The notes under the pieces: model-generated
The model's database searches: none
Seen by the model: the letters and a program-made list of their open reading frames with translations, nothing else
Told to the model about the DNA's origin: nothing
DNA from: a virus
Strand: one strand, 5' to 3'
DNA: 64,000 bases
Virus record (IMG/VR): IMGVR_UViG_3300008267_000018
Span: 20,613-84,612 of that record
Shown here: positions 36,281 to 44,594 of the stretch, piece after piece
Layout of the letters: every line of letters starts with the position of its first letter
Position numbering within the stretch: the first letter of the stretch is position 1
Made by a program: the position numbers and the translations under genes

Positions 36281-38599
36281 GTGGCTGACGCTGTAAGTCG
36301 ACTTAAGGAAATGGTTAATTCCTATCTTGAGAAAGATGGGAGTGTTGGCGTCGACACGGGCATCATTGCTTCTCACATTGCTCAGATGAAACTTTTTGGC
36401 ATTCGCCAAGGAGTTGAATTCTTCCCGTCTCAAGACAACTTTGGTGCACAGCGCAAAGACTTTCTCGACCGTGTACTGAAGTACAACAAGATGGATATCC
36501 GCCTGGATTCCATTTGGGAATACTTCTTGTGTGACGGGAAGGGTCTTTTTTATATCCGTCCTACTAAGGTAAGCTATCGCCTTTACTACTTCCGTGCTCA
36601 CGAATACCGTTCTTATTACAACGTAGACGGTGAGCTGGATGAGGTGGTGATCATCTACAGTTACAAAGTCCGCAAGGGCTTTGGTTTAAACGACAATATC
36701 AACATCAAGAGCATCACTGGTGGTGCAGTAACAGGCGACCAAGGTGCCAAGCGTTACATTAGGCTTTCTATTAAAGCTGATGAAATTGAAGAAACTCACT
36801 CCGAAGGTGAAATGTCATTTGACATGCCTTCCTATGCAGTGCCAGGGAAAACTAAAACGTTTAAAAATACGTTAGGCTTTATCCCTTGCGTTGAAATCTT
36901 CAACAACCCCAAAGGCTTCTCTACCGAAGGGGTCGGAGATTTTGATTCGATGGCCAACCATATCGTCATTCATGATGAAATGGTTCGCACGATGCGCAAG
37001 AACGTGCAGTTCTTTGGTAACCCAACACTTCTCTCATCACGTCCCAAAACGGACCTGATGGAAGCTGGGGGTGACACCACTATTCAGCGCCCCTCCATTG
37101 CTGCAAACTCTGGTTTCAATAGTCCCAGTGCATTAAGCCGGTCGACGTTTAAGTCTGATCCCATCAGTCGTGGAGTTGACGGTACTATCCGCGTGCCACG
37201 CGTCATTGCTAACCTGGAACCAAACGACCGTGTTGGCTACATTGTTCCAGATGCCATCACTGGTGACCAAAACGCATTTGCACGGCAGTACCGAGAAGAG
37301 ATTCGCACCGCACTTGGTGGCGTTGATGAACTTTCAATTTCTGCTGGCGTAACAGCAACGGAATACAAGTCGCTGTTTGGACGTGTTTCCGCAACTTCCA
37401 AGAAAAAAGCAAATGCCATCTATACGCATGGCATCTGCCGTTGCCTTGAATTGATTGTTTACCAAGAAGAGCAACTATTCAAGAACACCCTGGCACAAGC
37501 AGCCGGACTTGAGAAACCTGTTGCACCTTCTAAGGGCTCATCCGAAGAAGAAGTTGCCGCATATGAAGAGGCGCTTAAGCAACATAACGATAAAGTTAAA
37601 CAGTTAATGATGGCTTGTGTTCAGGCCCAGCAGATTCCACCTGGAGTCATGGGCTTGATTCCTGACGGGGATGTCACAATGCTTTGGCGTTGGCTAGGTC
37701 CTGTGTACGAAGACTCGACACAAGATATCCTCAACAACTCCATTGTGGTGCGTAACCTGCAAGAATTAGGTGTTGATAGCATTGAAGCACTGAAATACCT
37801 CTTCCCGTCTAAGACGGATGAGGAACGGGCCGAGATGTTATCTGGGTTCCCGTTCAGGATGGTTAACGAATTGCAGAGTGCTTACTCTCAGTTTGCCAAG
37901 CTAGTGGGGGGAATGATGCAGACGCCCCACCCGCAATCACCGGATCTTCCGATGGCTGCGGATCCAAGATTGGATTTAACCCCGTATCTGTATCGAACGC
38001 TAGAAGCTTTACAAAAGGAGATGAGTTATGCAGGACGCTACCGTCCAATCGATCCCACAGATGAGCCCCGCACAGCCGTCAGTAGCCCCGAGCAGCTACG
38101 TGACAGCAGCAGCTCCGGCACCCAGCAGCTACCAAGCGGCTCCGGTGGCGTACCAAGTGGGGACCGCTTACCCCCAAGCGATTCCTCAAGCGAATATCAG
38201 CTACCAATCCGCCCCTACTCAGTACGCCCCCCAATCCCAACCGGCGGAAGCTCCTCAGGGGAATCCATGGGAATCGGCGTTCAACAAGGTGGTGAACCTG
38301 CTGAGCGCACCAGTTCAATCCCCGTTCCAGGGTCAACAATCAGCTCCGACGACCTATACCCCGGCCAATTACGGACAGCCCAGCAGCCCAGCTACCTGGA
38401 ACTCGGCAGCCCCGACCTCATTAACCAACCCGGCCTCATTGCCCAGCTCTTCCCAAACTTCCTCGAGTCCCTCCTTGGCGGACGTAGCGGATTACCTGGG
38501 TCTGAGCCAGGAAAGCCGAGTGGTGATCGACGCGTACGGGGTGGAAGCTCCGGCTCTGCTAAACCAGTACGCCCTTCAACTCGAAGGAATGCTCGATAG
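36281..38599 (+). CDS. portal protein with long overlapping C-terminal extension
   Basis: between terL and scaffold/capsid; NTLGFIPCVEIFNNP..GVGDF typical of portals; AGGAG Shine-Dalgarno. Confidence 0.75.
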   Translation: MADAVSRLKEMVNSYLEKDGSVGVDTGIIASHIAQMKLFGIRQGVEFFPSQDNFGAQRKDFLDRVLKYNKMDIRLDSIWEYFLCDGKGLFYIRPTKVSYRLYYFRAHEYRSYYNVDGELDEVVIIYSYKVRKGFGLNDNINIKSITGGAVTGDQGAKRYIRLSIKADEIEETHSEGEMSFDMPSYAVPGKTKTFKNTLGFIPCVEIFNNPKGFSTEGVGDFDSMANHIVIHDEMVRTMRKNVQFFGNPTLLSSRPKTDLMEAGGDTTIQRPSIAANSGFNSPSALSRSTFKSDPISRGVDGTIRVPRVIANLEPNDRVGYIVPDAITGDQNAFARQYREEIRTALGGVDELSISAGVTATEYKSLFGRVSATSKKKANAIYTHGICRCLELIVYQEEQLFKNTLAQAAGLEKPVAPSKGSSEEEVAAYEEALKQHNDKVKQLMMACVQAQQIPPGVMGLIPDGDVTMLWRWLGPVYEDSTQDILNNSIVVRNLQELGVDSIEALKYLFPSKTDEERAEMLSGFPFRMVNELQSAYSQFAKLVGGMMQTPHPQSPDLPMAADPRLDLTPYLYRTLEALQKEMSYAGRYRPIDPTDEPRTAVSSPEQLRDSSSSGTQQLPSGSGGVPSGDRLPPSDSSSEYQLPIRPYSVRPPIPTGGSSSGESMGIGVQQGGEPAERTSSIPVPGSTISSDDLYPGQLRTAQQPSYLELGSPDLINQPGLIAQLFPNFLESLLGGRSGLPGSEPGKPSGDRRVRGGSSGSAKPVRPSTRRNAR

Positions 38600-38990
38600 T
38601 GCCGTAGCCTGGGGCCAACGTGCACAAAATCTGATTGGTGGTTATGCCGATTTTGCGGTTGCTGAGCATACCGAGAATCTGGCTTATAACGAAATCCTGA
38701 CCAACCCTGATGTTCTTAGCGATTACACGCTGAAGTTCTTTGGTCCTGAAGGTCCGTACCCCGTGTACGAAAATGAAGCTCAACTGGAAACCCGTGGTTA
38801 TCCCACCGCTCCGGTTCAAGCTAACTACGGTGAGTTCCCTGCTCCTCCTGCTGCTTCTGCTCCTCAGCAACCTGAAAACTTCTGGGGCAGCTTTAAGCAA
38901 CAAATGGAAACTAGCCCTGAAAACGCTTGGCGTCTTCTGAACTATGCCCAGCCCAACGTGGTTGCAAACAAACTGTTTGTGATGGAGTGA
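38028..38990 (+). CDS. putative capsid scaffold protein
   Basis: low-complexity P/Q/A/S N-terminus and helical C-terminus; AAGGAG Shine-Dalgarno; position before the capsid gene. Confidence 0.65.
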   Translation: MQDATVQSIPQMSPAQPSVAPSSYVTAAAPAPSSYQAAPVAYQVGTAYPQAIPQANISYQSAPTQYAPQSQPAEAPQGNPWESAFNKVVNLLSAPVQSPFQGQQSAPTTYTPANYGQPSSPATWNSAAPTSLTNPASLPSSSQTSSSPSLADVADYLGLSQESRVVIDAYGVEAPALLNQYALQLEGMLDSAVAWGQRAQNLIGGYADFAVAEHTENLAYNEILTNPDVLSDYTLKFFGPEGPYPVYENEAQLETRGYPTAPVQANYGEFPAPPAASAPQQPENFWGSFKQQMETSPENAWRLLNYAQPNVVANKLFVME

Positions 38991-38994
38991 GGCA

Positions 38995-39621
38995 ATGAAT
39001 ATTGCCGGTAAGTTCTCTCCGATGTTATCCAGGGCTAAGCAAGAGCTTACTACTGGCGCATTGAGTCCGGCAAAAACTGCTGCCATGGCACCATTGGCCT
39101 ACGGGCTGATTGGTGCTGGCGGTTCAGTTGCCGGTAATTTATCTGACGAAGAAAACGAAGGTGCAGGTCGCATTCTTACCGAAGCTGCATTAGCAGGCTT
39201 GGGTGGCGCAGCTGCAGGTCGAGCCATTGGTCAGATTGGCAAAGAAAACATTGCTCTTCAAAGAGGCATTGGTAATCTAGAGCGCGAAGCAACGCCTTAT
39301 ATTTCACGTGCGTTATATGCTGCAGAAGCAGGTGCGCGTGACACGGCAAAAGCTGCAAATCAAAAAGCTATTCCCATGCTGGAGCGTCTTGGTAAACAGC
39401 AGCAACTCCTTAACTTGAGTCGCGCTGAACAAGGTGCCACAATGGCAGCTGCTCCTATCGCGGCTGGTATTGGTGGCTTGGTTGGCGGTGGCGTTTCTAA
39501 CGTTGCCGGCTTAATGCTCCCTGGGTTCCAACAGCAACAACAGTACGTGGATCCTGAGCAATACGGCTCAAGTAACACGATGGGTGCACGTGCATCCACG
39601 ACCACAGCCCAGTACATGTAA
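38995..39621 (+). CDS. Gly/Ala-rich putative virion protein
   Basis: glycine-zipper-like segments. Confidence 0.6.
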   Translation: MNIAGKFSPMLSRAKQELTTGALSPAKTAAMAPLAYGLIGAGGSVAGNLSDEENEGAGRILTEAALAGLGGAAAGRAIGQIGKENIALQRGIGNLEREATPYISRALYAAEAGARDTAKAANQKAIPMLERLGKQQQLLNLSRAEQGATMAAAPIAAGIGGLVGGGVSNVAGLMLPGFQQQQQYVDPEQYGSSNTMGARASTTTAQYM

Positions 39622-39722
39622 TTAACTAAATTACGGGCTGCTAAAATTTGTGTTAGATAAGACATATAAATGTCTGAATCTTTCACCCGATAAATTCCTG
39701 CGACACTGGAGGATAAAGTAAA

Positions 39723-40892
39723 GTGTTCATTGATAACGACTTTCCAAAGATTTTGGGCGCCGAACTCTATCGGCCCCATCCTGCTTACATTGCCGAAATG
39801 GCAGTGGAGCCTGTGGTTGTCCACGACTTCACTCGTCAGCCCGGTCAAACTGTTCAGTTAGACCGCTACAAGTTCTGGGGTACCCCTGGTACTAAGGATA
39901 GCCGTGAGCGTATTGCCGACCAAACCATCGGTACCGCTAACAGCCGTAACATCACCAAGGAAAAAGTCCTGGTGGTGCTTAAGGAATACACCGGTCCTGC
40001 GGACCCCGGCGATCCGACCCAGCCTTCGACCTTCAAGATTGCTCGTGAGACCCTGATCACTGCTCAGCGCCTTCTGCTGGATAGTGGCAACCTCAACATG
40101 TTCCACCAGTCCATCGGTAGCCTGACGCTGCTTGATGACTATCGTCGTTGGCGCGACCGCGTCTTCATTGACGAACTTGCCAAAGCTGAAGCCAATGGTG
40201 CCGCTTCCTCTACCCAGGGTGGTTACTACTTCCCCGGCGGCAAAGTTAAGGACGCCTCTGGTCGTGTATCCTACACCCAAGCTCAGTACGAAGCCCAAGT
40301 GCAGCAGTTCCAGGTGCGTACCGACCTGCTGACCGTTGTTAAGGATCTGCGTAAGCGCAACGTGCCGACCTTCGCTGATGGTCTGTATCGTTGTATTTGC
40401 GATCCCACTTTCATGATGCACCTGCGTCGTGACCCCGACTTCCGTGAGATCGCTCGTTACTCTGGTAACCCCGGCCAAGGCATGTACATGGGCAACCCCA
40501 TGCTGCCTAACAACGCCAGCTTCTTCCAGGGTCCCCAAGCTGGTCAAGGTTACTTCCTGGCTGGCGAACCTGTCATGCCGACCGGCGTGCAGTTTGAAGG
40601 CGTCAAGTTCTTCGAGTCGACCAACTTCCCGACCAAGAGCATCACTGCCGACCTCAATATCGGTGGTAGCTCTAACTACACTTCTTACGAAGTTGCTCAG
40701 GGTTACTTCTTCGGTCCTCAAGCTATTGGCGTTGGCATCGGCGGCCCTAATGCCCAGGTGCTTATCAACAATAACGACGACTTCAGCCGTTTTATCATCT
40801 TAATTTGGCAGCTGTATGCTGGCTTCGAGATTCTGAACAAGGACTTCGTGACCACCGCCTTCAGCTTCCTGCAAGACGACGGCACCATCTGA
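39723..40892 (+). CDS. major capsid protein
   Basis: 389 aa; DFTRQPGQTVQLDRY, very strong codon bias, GGAGG Shine-Dalgarno, position. Confidence 0.85.
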   Translation: MFIDNDFPKILGAELYRPHPAYIAEMAVEPVVVHDFTRQPGQTVQLDRYKFWGTPGTKDSRERIADQTIGTANSRNITKEKVLVVLKEYTGPADPGDPTQPSTFKIARETLITAQRLLLDSGNLNMFHQSIGSLTLLDDYRRWRDRVFIDELAKAEANGAASSTQGGYYFPGGKVKDASGRVSYTQAQYEAQVQQFQVRTDLLTVVKDLRKRNVPTFADGLYRCICDPTFMMHLRRDPDFREIARYSGNPGQGMYMGNPMLPNNASFFQGPQAGQGYFLAGEPVMPTGVQFEGVKFFESTNFPTKSITADLNIGGSSNYTSYEVAQGYFFGPQAIGVGIGGPNAQVLINNNDDFSRFIILIWQLYAGFEILNKDFVTTAFSFLQDDGTI

Positions 40893-40923
40893 TAACAATA
40901 AATAAATTATCTAGGAGAAATAA

Positions 40924-41721
40924 ATGACCTATTTGTCTTCCAAAAAAATCTACCCAGGCAACTGGGCAGAGCCTCTGAACGGTTGGTATAAGAATATCGA
41001 CAACAGCCAGGATGGAACCAATGATGGTTCCAAGGGCGGCCCCACTTCGGTGCTGGCTACCCCTGGCTATCGTTATTTCCAACAGCGTGGTTACGTGGCT
41101 GTTACCGCCACCTCTGGCACTCCTGTTGCTACGGGTAACGTGATCATTCCTTCGCCTTACCGCCAGGATGACACCCGTACCGACATCACCGGCATGGTGA
41201 TCTCTGGTACCACCGCCCAGCCTGCTTTTGTGTATCGCACTGCCGTCTCCGTTGCCTCTGGCTGGGGCGATGGCCGCGTGGCTTCCGGTGTGTATGCCGC
41301 CACCGGTAACGTGATCTCCTTCGGTCGTGACTCCAGTGGCCCCACCGCCGCTTCTGGCGTTGGTGAAGGTGTGATCCAAGCCAACCTGACTTCCAGCACC
41401 TCTGGTGACGCAGCTACCAAGATTTACTTCGCTGGTGGCAGCCAAGCTTTTGGTACCGCTCCGTTCATCACTGCTACTGGCGGTGCTGGCGTTTCCGGCG
41501 GTGTGTGCTACTACGCTGCTACCACTGGCACCACTCTGAAAGTGTTTGCTAAAGGTGCTGCTAACGACACCTCTACTTCTGGTGGTTTCTACATCTCGAC
41601 CGCTGATGCTGCTGCTGGCCGCACCGGTTACCTGGTTGTGGAAGTTTGCTACATCCAGCCCGATGATGCCCCCGGTTACGAGGACATCGATGGTTACCTG
41701 ACTGGCCGCACTGTTAGCTGA
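40924..41721 (+). CDS. abundant structural protein (capsid decoration or tail-tube-like)
   Basis: beta-rich G/T/A/S composition, strong codon bias, directly after the capsid gene. Confidence 0.6.
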   Translation: MTYLSSKKIYPGNWAEPLNGWYKNIDNSQDGTNDGSKGGPTSVLATPGYRYFQQRGYVAVTATSGTPVATGNVIIPSPYRQDDTRTDITGMVISGTTAQPAFVYRTAVSVASGWGDGRVASGVYAATGNVISFGRDSSGPTAASGVGEGVIQANLTSSTSGDAATKIYFAGGSQAFGTAPFITATGGAGVSGGVCYYAATTGTTLKVFAKGAANDTSTSGGFYISTADAAAGRTGYLVVEVCYIQPDDAPGYEDIDGYLTGRTVS

Positions 41722-41759
41722 TTAGGTTAATATAAGACCAGAGAGAAAATCTGGTCTTT

Positions 41760-42173
41760 ATGATTCTTCATCAGCATAAAAAAACAGGCGCTCGCGTCAA
41801 GATCGTAAGCGAATGGGATAATGGCGATTGGTTCATGGTCGAAGATCAGGACGGTCGCCTTTACACTGCTTACAAAACTGAACTTATCCCTGATGAGCAA
41901 GCTACCAAAAAGGTGACTGCTCTTCAAGTAAAAGATAAGGCGGCACAGGAAGAGCCACGTACTTTTCCTCCGGACACTCGCTTGAACATCAACTCAGCCA
42001 CCGCCCAAATGATCGCAGATCATATCAAGGGCATTGGACTGAAGACTGCCCGAGAGATCAAAGATCTACAGATGTCCTTATCGGGTGAGAGATTTAACAG
42101 CCTTGAGCAGTTGAAACAAATCAAAAGAGTTGACTGGAGTGCGGTCTTGGCAGCCGATTTAATAAGGGTCTGA
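41760..42173 (+). CDS. helix-hairpin-helix (ComEA/PsbU-like) protein; C-terminus supplied by HNH cassette
   Basis: RLNINSATAQMIADHIKGIGLKTAREI...FNSLEQLKQI. Confidence 0.7.
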   Translation: MILHQHKKTGARVKIVSEWDNGDWFMVEDQDGRLYTAYKTELIPDEQATKKVTALQVKDKAAQEEPRTFPPDTRLNINSATAQMIADHIKGIGLKTAREIKDLQMSLSGERFNSLEQLKQIKRVDWSAVLAADLIRV

Positions 42174-42187
42174 TTTAAACGCATAAC

Positions 42188-42646
42188 TCAACCAAGAGGG
42201 GTAACACCCCTCTTTTTCATTATGGCGTTGAATTTTTCTTTATTTCTTGTTTTTATGTGATGGCATGTGCCACAGAGAACCTGGCATTTTTTTATTTCTT
42301 TTTCAAGTCTTTTTTTGCTAAACGTACCCCCTCGTCCAATGTTAAATTTTTTATCGTAAAGATGATCAAAATCTAGTCCCTCAGGGTGTTCGTTATACCC
42401 ACAGCATGCGCAACCTTCTGTTATTTTTAAATTGTTCATCCAGTTTCTGTTTTCAGAAGACAAACGTTGAGATCTTTTTTTGTCATAGGCTTTTTTCTTT
42501 TCTTGTTGGTCGGGACTCATCCATACCTCTAAAAAAGTTCCGTCTTGTTTAATTTTTTTAAAGTTGTAACCAATAAAAATAAAGCCGTCTTCCCTGCAGT
42601 CGCCGTGTTTAAAAAATGCCCCAGTTTTTGGATTAATTCTTTTCAT
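42188..42646 (-). mobile_element. HNH endonuclease inserted in inverted orientation
   Basis: CACCG...LDFDHL...CQVLCGTCHHIKT; AT-rich; flanked by a duplicated gene tail. Confidence 0.85.
42194..42217 (+). terminator. cassette-borne intrinsic terminator
   Basis: AAGAGGGG-TAACA-CCCCTCTT followed by TTT. Confidence 0.6.
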
Positions 42647-42691
42647 TTTTAAGATAGCAAAATAAAACTATAACACCTGAAACGTTTTATT

Positions 42692-42724
42692 GCCGTACTT
42701 GCTGCCGACTTAGTCCGCGTTTAA
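42692..42724 (+). pseudogene. stranded original 3' end (AVLAADLVRV*) of gene 41760..42173
   Basis: GCC GTA CTT GCT GCC GAC TTA GTC CGC GTT TAA versus the current AVLAADLIRV*. Confidence 0.85.
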
Positions 42725-42738
42725 CTTGTCTCCTACTG

Positions 42739-42762
42739 GCCCCTGGGAAACCAGGGGTTTTT
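42739..42762 (+). terminator. intrinsic terminator (original one for the capsid operon)
   Basis: GCCCCTGG-GAAA-CCAGGGGT followed by TTTT. Confidence 0.8.
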
Positions 42763-42790
42763 TAGTCTTAAAATTAAAAATAAAAGAATA

Positions 42791-43465
42791 ATGGCAGGAA
42801 TTGCATTCTTAGGAAATATTGGCAGTACCGGAACCTCCACTGGTCCGCATGGTCACGTCTATGTAAAGGACCTTGGCACTGGAAAACATATTGATCCGAG
42901 CACTATTCGTAGTGCTTTAACTGGGTTGCGTATTGGCGAGCAAAAAATTCCTGCAATTATCAAAAACAAAGAAGGTCAATTAGTTTTAAACCCGGCTTCC
43001 AACGTAGCCGTCACATCTAAATTTGGTCCTCGCACTGCGCCAACTGCTGGAGCATCTTCTTTCCACCAAGGTGAAGATTGGGCTCTTCCTCAGGGAACTC
43101 CTGTTTATATGGAAGGTGCGGGTAAGTTTACCCCCCTTGCCAATCAAGGTGGTTACGGAAACCTGGCAACATTTAAAACAGGAGATAACAAATACGAAGT
43201 AGGTATCGGACACATGGCAAGCCTTGGCAAGGCTGCAGAATTCGCAAGCAATCAAACGCCAACTGCTAACGCACAAAACACTGGATCCAATATGGATTCT
43301 TTTGTGCAAGCCATGATGTACGGAGCATCCCTGGCACAACCCAAGCAAAAGACTTTGCAGCAGTCTATGTTTGAACAGATGGCAGCTTCTGCTATGGCGC
43401 CCAGGCGCAGTTTGGCACAAGAAATGCTAGAGCAATACATCAGCTCAAATCCTTACCAAGGTTAA
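42791..43465 (+). CDS. M23 family peptidase, circularly permuted
   Basis: GSTGTSTGPHGH (HxH) at the N-terminus, before HQGED (HxxxD) and GGYGN...GHM. Confidence 0.8.
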   Translation: MAGIAFLGNIGSTGTSTGPHGHVYVKDLGTGKHIDPSTIRSALTGLRIGEQKIPAIIKNKEGQLVLNPASNVAVTSKFGPRTAPTAGASSFHQGEDWALPQGTPVYMEGAGKFTPLANQGGYGNLATFKTGDNKYEVGIGHMASLGKAAEFASNQTPTANAQNTGSNMDSFVQAMMYGASLAQPKQKTLQQSMFEQMAASAMAPRRSLAQEMLEQYISSNPYQG

Positions 43466-43514
43466 GTTTCAAGGGATTCTTTGCATTTATAATTGAAAGA
43501 TACGCAAGTTAGAA

Positions 43515-43976
43515 GTGCAATTATCTGACTTTGACAAAAGTAGGGTCAGGTATCACCTGGGCTATTTCACGGTTTCTGTTCCGGCGGGCGATTACGCACG
43601 TCTGGAAGAAGCCCTGAATACCATCCCAGATTCGTACTTCTACGATAAAATTGCTATTCAAATTGGTCGTTGTGATACTGCCGAGAAAAAGACTGAGGTA
43701 GCCACTTCACCTTCTACTCGACTCGAAAGTATTGCTGGTGACGTTGATCGTACTATTCGGTCAAGTAATGCCAAGGAAGCATTAAAAGTTTGGGACGAGA
43801 TCTATCTCTACGAAACAAACCGTTTGGCTGGCATTCTTTACGTACCTAACTACAAGGATCCGTTCCAGGCTCGTTATCGTTACGAACGCTCTGGTGCTGA
43901 GTTTATCCAGGCATTACCTGGACCCGCCGATGTCTCGGTTGGCACTCGCATATATCTTCACGAGCTATGGCGATGA
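43515..43976 (+). CDS. putative head-tail adaptor; C-terminus supplied by HNH cassette
   Basis: LSDFDKSRVRYHLGY N-terminus and position in the morphogenesis region. Confidence 0.55.
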   Translation: MQLSDFDKSRVRYHLGYFTVSVPAGDYARLEEALNTIPDSYFYDKIAIQIGRCDTAEKKTEVATSPSTRLESIAGDVDRTIRSSNAKEALKVWDEIYLYETNRLAGILYVPNYKDPFQARYRYERSGAEFIQALPGPADVSVGTRIYLHELWR

Positions 43977-44016
43977 TTTAATCCGTGTATGCTAGGATAT
44001 TGATACACGGATTAAA
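43977..44016 (+). promoter_or_regulatory. 14-bp hairpin over the HNH initiation region, with a -10-like TAGGAT in the loop
   Basis: TTTAATCCGTGTAT / ATACACGGATTAAA; ATG at 44020. Confidence 0.6.
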
Positions 44017-44019
44017 CAG

Positions 44020-44535
44020 ATGGTGGCCCCTTGTCCCTTGCCGGCGATTGAAGAGTTAAAAGAATATTATGAATATATACCAGAAACAGGTGAGTTGTTT
44101 TTAATTAAATCACGTTGCAAGGCTGATAAGCAAAAAATCGGTAAACCAATCGGTTCTCTTGGCGGTCCGGTAAGACGCAAAACGTGGACGATAAAACATA
44201 AAGGGAAAAGCTATTACATTAGTCGAGTTGCCTGGGTATTGATGACCGGTATAGATCCAGGTCTTTTGCTGGTTGAGCATAAAAACAGAAATGCCCAAGA
44301 CAATCGCTGGGAAAATTTAAGGTTGGCTAGTGAGGCGGAAAACAACTACAACAAAATTTTTGTTGGGTATAGCCAAAGGAAAGATAACGAGCTGTACCGT
44401 GTTCGTGTTACTTTGGAAGGTAAACGTATCACCGTAGGCAACTTTAAGACCGAGGAAGAAGCAAAGAAGGCTGCCCTAGATGCGCAAAGACTTTTCTATA
44501 AAGAATTTGCGTGTCTTGATTTAGAATCAAATTAA
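44020..44535 (+). mobile_element. HNH-AP2 homing endonuclease
   Basis: YIPETGELF, VEHKNRNAQDNRWENLRLA, YRVRV..GKRITVGNFKTEEEA. Confidence 0.85.
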
Positions 44536-44550
44536 TAAATAAAGTAGCCC

Positions 44551-44592
44551 GCTGTCGGTTCACGCATCTATCTACATGAGGTTTGGAGGTAA
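44551..44592 (+). pseudogene. stranded original 3' end (AVGSRIYLHEVWR*) of gene 43515..43976
   Basis: matches the current tail SVGTRIYLHELWR*; contains the GGAGG Shine-Dalgarno for the next gene. Confidence 0.85.
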
Positions 44593-44594
44593 TT

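Noticed and set aside
39858-40721. 287-aa antisense ORF opposite the capsid gene (also 40861..41445)
   Set aside because: Explained by strong codon bias on the sense strand; no recognisable motifs.
41760-42173. psbU photosynthesis gene
   Set aside because: Only the generic HhH fold is shared; there is no signal peptide, so a DNA-binding role is more likely.
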